Shown here: piece by piece, positions 57,355 to 64,000 of the stretch
Numbering within the stretch: the stretch's first letter is position 1
Layout: each line of letters starts with the position of its first letter
Source: an uncultured Spirochaetota bacterium
GTDB taxonomy: Bacteria; Spirochaetota; Spirochaetia; SZUA-6; Fen-1364
NCBI GenBank assembly: GCA_963845535.1
Contig: CAWJSK010000011.1
Coordinates: 29,551-93,550, forward strand
Direction of reading: 5' to 3'
DNA length: 64,000 nucleotides
Position numbers and translations under genes: made by a program
Notes under the pieces: model-generated
The model's input: only the letters and a program-made list of their open reading frames with translations
The model's database searches: none
Told to the model about the DNA's origin: nothing

Positions 57355-58970
57355 CGACAATCATGATTCTCGGAGCCGGCGTCATGCAGATACCAGGGAT
57401 CCGGCTTGCAAAACAAAGCGGTTGGAGGGTCATCGTCGCGGACGGAAATAAGGACGCCGTAGGGCGGACGCTCGCTGATCACTTCGAGGCCGTGGACCTG
57501 AAGGACCGCGAGGGGCTGCTTGCCATTGCCAGGCGCTACCATGATCTCTTCGGGCTTGACGGCGTGTTCACCGCGGGAACGGACTTTTCCTCTTCCGTTG
57601 CATGGGTTTCCGAGAAGATGGGGCTTCCCGGCATCTCTTTCGAGACAGCCATGCGCGCCACTGACAAATGCCTCATGAGGCAGGCATTCCAGGAAGCGGG
57701 CGTCCCAAGCCCCCGATTCGCCTGCGTATCCGGTTCCGTCGACCCTTTGTCTGTCCTTGACGGAATGGACTTTCCCCTCGTGGTCAAGCCCGTGGACAAC
57801 ATGGGCGCGCGCGGAGTGCGACGGGTCGACTCCGCCGAGGCGCTCGCGGAAGCCGTCAAGTCGGCGCTGCCGCTGTCCCGGTCCTCACGCGTAATCGTGG
57901 AAGAATACATGGAAGGTCCTGAGCTGAGCCTCGACGCTGTTGTCTACCATGGCTCGGTGACCGTTTGCGGAAATGCCGACAGGCACATCTTCTTCCCCCC
58001 GAACTTCGTTGAGATGGGCCACACGATGCCCACGTGCCTGGACGGCGCCGCGAAAGCGCGCGTCGAAGAAGTCTTTGCGGCCGGCATCCGCGCCATCGGC
58101 ATCGACAACGGAGTCGCCAAAGGCGACATCAAGCTGACGCCGCGCGGTCCCATGGTCGGTGAGATTGCTGCCCGGCTCTCCGGAGGGTACATGTCCGGCT
58201 GGACGTTCCCTCTTTCCTCGGGAGTCGAGGTCACGCAGGCGGCCATGAACATTGCCGTGGGGCTGCCTCCCGGCGACCTCTCTCCCCGTCTTCACAACGT
58301 GGTTGCCGAGAGAGCATTCATTTCAATACCAGGCACGGTGGCACGGATCGCCGGAGTGGAGGAGGCGCGCGGGTTGCCTGGAATCGCGGAAGTTTTCGTG
58401 CGCGCGGCTGCTGGAAACACCGTGGTGTTTCCAGCGAACAATGTCGAAAAGTGCGGGAATGTGCTTGCCCTCGGCGGCACGCGGGAAGCGGCAGTGCAAA
58501 TTGCGCACGCCGCGCTGGGCCGTATCTTCATCCACCTGGAACCCCTCCAGGATGCCACCACCCATTATCTCTTCGGTGGCTCGGGGAATGACGCGTTCCA
58601 GATCCCCGATCGGGCCGTTCTCTCGGGCCTCGAGGCAATGCCCTCGTTCCAGGGGAACCCTCGAGATTTGAAGCCCGGGCAGCCTGTTCCCGTTCTACTC
58701 CTGCCGGGGTTTCCAGGTCTTTCCTGCCGTGACTGGCATGGACTCCTGCCCGCCGAGGCGGTGAAACTGGCGCTGGATGGAGCAGGCATTCTCGTGGATG
58801 GAAAGACCAAGCCGAGGAGCGCGATGGGAGCGCAGGAAAGTTTCATGGTTTGCAGGTTGTTCTGGAAGGCCGTCCTCCGGGGGAGCGCCCAAGGAGGACG
58901 CTACCTCCTGGACAGTGTCCGCGAGGCTTCGCGTCGCGGCACCCTGGAGCGGTTCCTGGCGGGGTTATGA
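57351..58970 (+). CDS. ATP-grasp domain ligase
   Basis: ILGAGVMQ, TDKCLMR, PLVVKPVDNMGARGV, VEEYMEGPE and GEIAARLSGG motifs. Confidence 0.88.
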   Translation: MTTIMILGAGVMQIPGIRLAKQSGWRVIVADGNKDAVGRTLADHFEAVDLKDREGLLAIARRYHDLFGLDGVFTAGTDFSSSVAWVSEKMGLPGISFETAMRATDKCLMRQAFQEAGVPSPRFACVSGSVDPLSVLDGMDFPLVVKPVDNMGARGVRRVDSAEALAEAVKSALPLSRSSRVIVEEYMEGPELSLDAVVYHGSVTVCGNADRHIFFPPNFVEMGHTMPTCLDGAAKARVEEVFAAGIRAIGIDNGVAKGDIKLTPRGPMVGEIAARLSGGYMSGWTFPLSSGVEVTQAAMNIAVGLPPGDLSPRLHNVVAERAFISIPGTVARIAGVEEARGLPGIAEVFVRAAAGNTVVFPANNVEKCGNVLALGGTREAAVQIAHAALGRIFIHLEPLQDATTHYLFGGSGNDAFQIPDRAVLSGLEAMPSFQGNPRDLKPGQPVPVLLLPGFPGLSCRDWHGLLPAEAVKLALDGAGILVDGKTKPRSAMGAQESFMVCRLFWKAVLRGSAQGGRYLLDSVREASRRGTLERFLAGL

Positions 58971-60016
58971 AGCGCCTGCGCCGTCTGCTGCCTTTCTTTC
59001 TTGCCGCCGCTCTTTCGGTGACCGCTTTCGCCCAGGACAGGGACCTGCTGTCGATCGTGGGGGAGCTGGGAGCGGGGCTGGAGTGGGACCCGATGCGGGA
59101 CCGGGGAGTCATTTCCCTGGGGGAAGACCGAATCTCACTGGGGGTCGGTTTGCCTTTGGCAATCATCAACTATCGGCTTGCTGTCACCATCCCCGCGCCC
59201 AGCCGCCGCGACGGCGCGGTCTGGCTTTCCGCGGATGCGGTAGCGACCATCAGCAAAGCCCTCCAGCAGGACAGGATTGCCCGTACCGCCGGGCACCTGC
59301 GCATTGCGGCCGTGCTGATAGACCCCGGGCACGGGGGGGAAGACCCTGGAGCCACGGGCACGTACGCGGACGGAAAGAGGACCGTGACCATCCGCGAGAA
59401 GGACGTGGTCCTGAAAGTTGGACTTACGCTTGCGCGGATGCTCCAGAAGGCGTTGCCGGACAAGGAGATCCTTCTTACGCGGTCCGATGACACCTACATC
59501 ACGCTGGAAAAGCGGGCGGACATGGCGAACAGGCTGCTCGAGAAGACGAAAGATACTGTGCTGTATATCTCCATTCACGCAAACTCGACATTCAACAAGC
59601 TGAGCGACGCAAAGGGGTACGAGGTCTGGTATCTTCCGCCCGAATACAAGCGAACCCTGCTCGAGGGGAACGACCCCTCCACGAACGAGCTCGTCCCCAT
59701 TCTCAACAGCATGCTGGAGGAAGAGATATCCGTGGAAAGCATCGTGCTTGCCCGGGAGATCCTTTCAGGGCTCGACGCCTCCGTGGGGGACCTCACGGAA
59801 GACCGTGGGCTGCGCCAGGAGCCCTGGTACGTCGTGCGCAACACGAAGATGCCGGCCGTCCTCGTGGAGGTCGGCTTCATGTCGAGCAGCGAGGAAGCGG
59901 CGCGTCTTGCGACCGACTCGTACTTGAAAGGCATCGCGGATGGCTTGTACACTGGCATCCGTTCGTTCATCACTCGATTCGAAAGATACGGGAGCCCCGG
60001 TGTTCAGGAACATTGA
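58967..60016 (+). CDS. N-acetylmuramoyl-L-alanine amidase (Amidase_3)
   Basis: IDPGHGGEDPGA, EKDVVL, TRSDD, ISIHAN and MPAVLVEVGF motifs. Confidence 0.94.
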   Translation: MKRLRRLLPFFLAAALSVTAFAQDRDLLSIVGELGAGLEWDPMRDRGVISLGEDRISLGVGLPLAIINYRLAVTIPAPSRRDGAVWLSADAVATISKALQQDRIARTAGHLRIAAVLIDPGHGGEDPGATGTYADGKRTVTIREKDVVLKVGLTLARMLQKALPDKEILLTRSDDTYITLEKRADMANRLLEKTKDTVLYISIHANSTFNKLSDAKGYEVWYLPPEYKRTLLEGNDPSTNELVPILNSMLEEEISVESIVLAREILSGLDASVGDLTEDRGLRQEPWYVVRNTKMPAVLVEVGFMSSSEEAARLATDSYLKGIADGLYTGIRSFITRFERYGSPGVQEH

Positions 60017-60503
60017 CTTCATCCTCGACATGCGCCTCCGAGGAAAGGCCGCTGTTGTCGGCTATATCATCCTTGGCTCGCTTCTCGTCTCGGTCCTCGC
60101 TTTTCTCCTGGTTGGCAACCGCAGGGCGGAGAGGATCCTCTACTTCCCCAGTGAGCGCGGGAACGGGTTCGTGACGGAACCGCGCTTTCTCACCCGTCAT
60201 TGGGGTCTGGAAGGGAACATCACGGAGCTCGTGAACGGCGTCCTTCTCGGTCCGGCTCGACCTGACGCCGCGCGTCTTTTCCCGAGGGGCGCCACGGTGC
60301 GCGCCGTCATGGTCCGCGGGCACACGCTGTACCTTGACCTCACCTCGGCAGTGCTCGAGACGGACCCCGAGGTTCCGCTGACAGGGGACAACGCCCTGGA
60401 TGCGCTGGGGAAATCCATCCGCCTCAACTTCCCCCGCGTTCATGAAATCGTGGTGTATATCGACGGACAGGTCCCGCGCTTTCCAGCAAAGAAAAATATT
60501 TGA
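60000..60503 (+). CDS. GerMN domain protein
   Basis: TM, LYFP, LLGP, LFPRG, LYLDL and VYIDG motifs; start 60000 or 60030. Confidence 0.8.
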   Translation: MFRNIDFILDMRLRGKAAVVGYIILGSLLVSVLAFLLVGNRRAERILYFPSERGNGFVTEPRFLTRHWGLEGNITELVNGVLLGPARPDAARLFPRGATVRAVMVRGHTLYLDLTSAVLETDPEVPLTGDNALDALGKSIRLNFPRVHEIVVYIDGQVPRFPAKKNI

Positions 60504-60527
60504 CAAAGCATCCTCTGTCACTATAAT
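60500..60527 (+). promoter_or_regulatory. sigma70 promoter of flaA
   Basis: TTGACA-16 nt-TATAAT with an AT-rich UP region. Confidence 0.85.
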
Positions 60528-60572
60528 TGTGCATGTGACTCCGGAACGACCTTGCTGCGAAAGGAGCAATGC

Positions 60573-61634
60573 ATGAAACGGCTGTTCGTTTTTGTTGTCG
60601 TTGGGCTGTTTCTCGGCGGAACAGCGCTGTTTGCCGACACCTCAGTGCTCATCGACTTTTCCAAGCTCAGCGCTGACACGACGTTAGGTACTCAGACCAC
60701 CCCATCGGAGAACGGGGCGACTCTGATCGACTATAGCAACGTGGCCGGCGCTTCATTCAGTGACACGGAGAAGGCAATCATGAAGTCTTCTCTCGCCATT
60801 GGAAACTGGGGTGTGGAGCTTGCCTCCTCGGCGCGGTCGGTCGCAAACCAGAGCGTGAGCTACACGCGGGAAGCGACCATCTCTGCCACCGCAAAGCCTT
60901 TCAACGGAGAGGACTTGGCGAACAAGAAGGTTCTGGGTGTTCGCATCCACTTCCCGCTTGACCCGTACAACTCCTGGGCCCTTGTCACGCCTCCTTTCGA
61001 CATTCCCGCCTACGCGGACAAGACGGGACCTGATGGGGTCACCGTGGCGCCGGCTGACAAAGGCATGGGGCAGAAGTTCGAGGACGGATACGGCGTCGTC
61101 AAGAACGTGGGAGTGCTGAAGAGCCTGTCCATCACGGTCTATGGGTCGAACTACCCCAACGGGCTGGGGGTCGTCGTTTCGGACCAGGACGGCAAAGAGC
61201 AGACACTGTTCATGGACTACCTGCAGTTCGACGGATGGCGGACCCTCACCTGGAACAACCCCAACTACATCACGGACGTCAGGAACAGGGAGCTTCGGCG
61301 GTACCCCCTGTACCCCGCCGGCATGCCGTACTTGAAGCTGATCGGGCTCGTCATCTACCGTGACGCCGCGCAGCAGGGCGGAGACATCGTGACGTACTTC
61401 AAGGACATCAGCATCACGTATGACAAGGCCCTCATCAGCACGCAGCGCGACATCAACGACGAAGCTGTGTGGGGCATCCTGCAGCAGCGCCAGGAGGCGC
61501 GCAGGCTGGCCGAGGTGAGACGCCTTGGAAACATCCAGGTCCTTCGCTTCCTCGAGAAGGAAAAGATGGACGCTGGGCAGCAGGGAACGACACAGCAGCC
61601 CGCCGCTGGGGCTACTGGGACCACCAAGCCGTAG
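60573..61634 (+). CDS. flaA: flagellar filament outer-layer (sheath) protein
   Basis: Signal peptide, LIDFSKL, VLGVRIHFP, GYGVVKNVG, FDGWRTLTWNNPNY and DINDEAVWGI motifs; AAGGAG RBS. Confidence 0.95.
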   Translation: MKRLFVFVVVGLFLGGTALFADTSVLIDFSKLSADTTLGTQTTPSENGATLIDYSNVAGASFSDTEKAIMKSSLAIGNWGVELASSARSVANQSVSYTREATISATAKPFNGEDLANKKVLGVRIHFPLDPYNSWALVTPPFDIPAYADKTGPDGVTVAPADKGMGQKFEDGYGVVKNVGVLKSLSITVYGSNYPNGLGVVVSDQDGKEQTLFMDYLQFDGWRTLTWNNPNYITDVRNRELRRYPLYPAGMPYLKLIGLVIYRDAAQQGGDIVTYFKDISITYDKALISTQRDINDEAVWGILQQRQEARRLAEVRRLGNIQVLRFLEKEKMDAGQQGTTQQPAAGATGTTKP

Positions 61635-61671
61635 CCAGGCATCGACAGCTCGCGTCAAATACGGAACACAC

Positions 61672-61698
61672 GGAGGCCTTCCCTCAGGGAAGGCCTCC
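61672..61698. terminator. hairpin between convergent flaA and the OMP gene
   Basis: GGAGGCCTTCCC-TCA-GGGAAGGCCTCC 12-bp stem. Confidence 0.7.
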
Positions 61699-61704
61699 TG
61701 CTAT

Positions 61705-62882
61705 TTAGAGGGTAGCCTCGATGCCGAGGAACGCGTCGAAGAAGGCAGACGGGGTGAACGGGAACTCCTTGAAGTTCAGCTTGAGCGTCCAGACGACCCC
61801 CGGGGTGGCAAAGGACACGTACGGGGAGGTCACGACCTGGAGGATGCCGGCAGTGGTGGAGGTGGAGGACTGGAACTTGAAGTTCCCTTCGAGCCCGCCC
61901 CTGACGAGGTCGTGACGAGGTCCCCGAAATACAGGTTGACGTTCACGTCGAAGTTTCCCACTTCGGAAGGGTTGTAGAACTGTAGGTAGTAGGCGGGGTG
62001 CCAGAAGAACGTCGGCACAATGGAAAACTGCTGGAGATGCAGGCGCGGCTCGAACAGCAGGTAGAAGTTGTTGATGGAGAATGAAGAGCTGGGGTCCCAT
62101 TCGGGAATGCCCACTTGCGCAAAAAACTCCACGTCCTTGTTCGTCGCATAGAGCATGAGTCCCGTGCGGTACAGTCCATACGTCGAGCTGGGAGAATAGG
62201 TGCCGCCAAAGAAACCCTCGAGCTTGACTACATCGAAGTTCATGAGAGCCCGCAAATCGAAAGAGTAGGAGCCGAGATAGAGACCGGCGTTCGAGGAGAG
62301 TGTGTAGGCCGTGCCGAAGGGCATCAGGAGCTGGTCATTCGAATGAGTGTCCTCATAAGCATAGAGGCTGAAGCGAAGCGTTTCCTTGACAGGAGTCACA
62401 TCCACCCTGAACCCCGTCCCGTCCACCTGGTAAATTCCCTTGTAGAGGGGGCCGTTGGAGAAATACATGAACCCCTGATAGCCCGTGGCAAACGTCGTGG
62501 CTCCGAAGTACGCAAACCCGTCTCCCATGCCGAAATAGTCGTTCTGGCCCACGAAATACGATATGTCGATGGAGGTTCCCAGGACGTCCCGCATGATGAC
62601 GCTTGCACCGGAGAAGTTCAGGGGGTTGGAGGTCGACGTCTCTAGAGATGAGTAGATGTTGCCCAAAAAGCCGATATCCACCTGGGCGCCGAACTTGTAC
62701 CCCCCGTCAACCTGGATGACCACGTTGCCGTACGTCTGCATGGCGAACACGCCGTTGTACGGGGAGGCGTGGGTGATCAGCTCGAAAGTAGGGACCGTGA
62801 TGTTGGCGGGAAACGCGAGGGCGGAAACCAGGAGGAACGCTGCCAGTGCCGCCGCGCGCCGCGGAAGGGAACTTTTCGTCAT
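61705..62882 (-). CDS. predicted outer-membrane beta-barrel protein; frameshift near 61905-61915
   Basis: AAGGAGG RBS, signal peptide, aromatic amphipathic strands; the C-terminal strands (GGLEGNF...FLGIEATL) continue in the -1 frame. Confidence 0.7.
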
Positions 62883-62895
62883 TGAGGCCTCCTTT

Positions 62896-63636
62896 TCACG
62901 ACGAAATTCGCTTGAAGATGTACTTTTCAAGGCTCTGTCTGTCCGCCGCGTTCATGGCCTCGAAGCGCACGGCAAGCACGCGCGGCTTGTAGACGACGAC
63001 GCTGCCGGAAGGAGCCAGCGCTTTGCCGTCCAGCACGAAGTCCAAGCGGGCAACGGGGATGCCCTGCGTGAAAATGTTTTCCGCAGGGGGCTTGAACAGG
63101 TCGATTGCCATTCCCCCGAGGCTCACGTCGACGATCCGGCCGGACAATAGCTGCTTGATGCCGGAAATGCGAAACGAAACGCGGGTAAGCTCATCAGGGT
63201 CCGGGCTTACGCGGATGTGCCTGCGGCTCGCGTTGTGGGTGGAGAGCTTCGAAAGGATGGCTTCCAGCTTGGCTTTCGTGGCGTCGGGGCTGAAAGGCTT
63301 CAGGAGATAGCCCGCCACGCCCACCTCGACCATCTTGCGCACGAACTCTTTCCGCGACTGTATGGTGTGCACAATCACTGCTATCCCGCGGGTATTCTCG
63401 GCAGCTTTCAGATCTTCGATGAGCTGTATTCCCTCGACGTCCTTGTTGTCGATGTCGATGATTGCGCCCTCGATCCCGTCTTGCGCCTTGATTGCCGCCA
63501 GCGCTTTGGCGCGCGTGGGAGCGGGGAGGCCCTTGATACCGAAGGAAAGAAGGGAGTAGCAGAGCGCTTCCCTGACAGCCTGCGCGCTTTCCACGACGAG
63601 GAAGACCGAGGAAATACGCGGAGCACCGCGCGGCAA
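62896..63636 (-). CDS. response regulator receiver + PilZ domain protein
   Basis: REC (IIDID, YLLKPF); PilZ RRHIR and DVSLGG; AAGGAGG RBS before TTG. Confidence 0.88.
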   Translation of the reverse strand: MPRGAPRISSVFLVVESAQAVREALCYSLLSFGIKGLPAPTRAKALAAIKAQDGIEGAIIDIDNKDVEGIQLIEDLKAAENTRGIAVIVHTIQSRKEFVRKMVEVGVAGYLLKPFSPDATKAKLEAILSKLSTHNASRRHIRVSPDPDELTRVSFRISGIKQLLSGRIVDVSLGGMAIDLFKPPAENIFTQGIPVARLDFVLDGKALAPSGSVVVYKPRVLAVRFEAMNAADRQSLEKYIFKRISS

Positions 63637-63860
63637 GGGAACCTCCTTCTGACCGGGATACTACACAGGAGGGACGCGCGGCGTCAATCGAGACAACCTC
63701 CGGGACAAGGCGCGCTGTTCGACGCTGGCTCACGCGCGTCAGGCCGCCGCAAACGGCGCCGACGCTGCACAAACGCCTCATCGAAGCTGCGCAAGCGCCT
63801 CACCCGCCGCGAGTCGGAGCCGCGCCCGGCCGCGAGTCAGATCGCGCCAGATCGCGTCTC

Positions 63861-63890
63861 TTGACAGAAGGCGTTCCCTCCGTCTATGTT
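63861..63890 (+). promoter_or_regulatory. sigma70 promoter of tRNA-Val
   Basis: TTGACA-18 nt-TATGTT. Confidence 0.6.
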
Positions 63891-63926
63891 CTGGCGGACG
63901 CTGATGGCAGAAACGTCAGCATTTGA

Positions 63927-64000
63927 GGGCGGCTAGCTCAGTCTGGTTAGAGCACCAGCTCGACACGCTGGGGGTCACAAGTTCAACTCTTGTGCCGCCC
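63927..64000 (+). tRNA. tRNA-Val(GAC), discriminator base cut by the window edge
   Basis: GGGCGGC/GCCGCCC acceptor, CCAGC/GCTGG anticodon stem, loop TCGACAC, TTCAACT T-loop. Confidence 0.92.

Noticed and set aside
63660..63860. GC-rich intergenic stretch as sRNA or ORF
   Set aside because: Only short scattered stems and a 10-bp duplication; no convincing motif, RBS or terminator

Overview
This is a GC-rich chromosomal segment of a spirochaete, shown by the periplasmic-flagellum genes flaB and flaA and a gene order typical of Spirochaetia. It is mostly core genome: coaD-rpmF-acpP-rnc, cca, flaB, aroH-glgA-map, mltG-dnaG-rpoD-zinc ribbon-rnpB, TPR-mreBCD-mrdA-radical SAM, mazG, a FadL-like barrel / TPR / PP2C sensor cluster, ychF, xseAB, a spiro-SPASM plus sugar-modification operon, amidase-GerMN, flaA and a REC-PilZ gene. 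There are three tRNAs (Thr-TGT, Tyr-GTA, Val-GAC). One visibly more AT-rich accessory patch (about 15.0-18.0 kb) surrounds tRNA-Thr. It holds an RHH/DUF433/PIN toxin-antitoxin-like module and an integrase-less 0.75-kb cassette bounded by a 31-bp duplication of the tRNA 3' end. Best novel candidates: (1) an intergenic 54-bp tandem repeat presenting five CANGGANG motifs, at least four in hairpin loops, that mimic the flaB leader and may form a CsrA-sponge RNA; (2) a Rex repressor fused to a complete NuoE-type [2Fe-2S] domain; (3) the tRNA-integrated nucleotidyltransferase plus microprotein cassette; (4) absence of rodA from the mre operon. Seven single-frame breaks in otherwise intact genes suggest residual assembly indel errors. 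All family assignments come from motif recognition by eye, not database searches.
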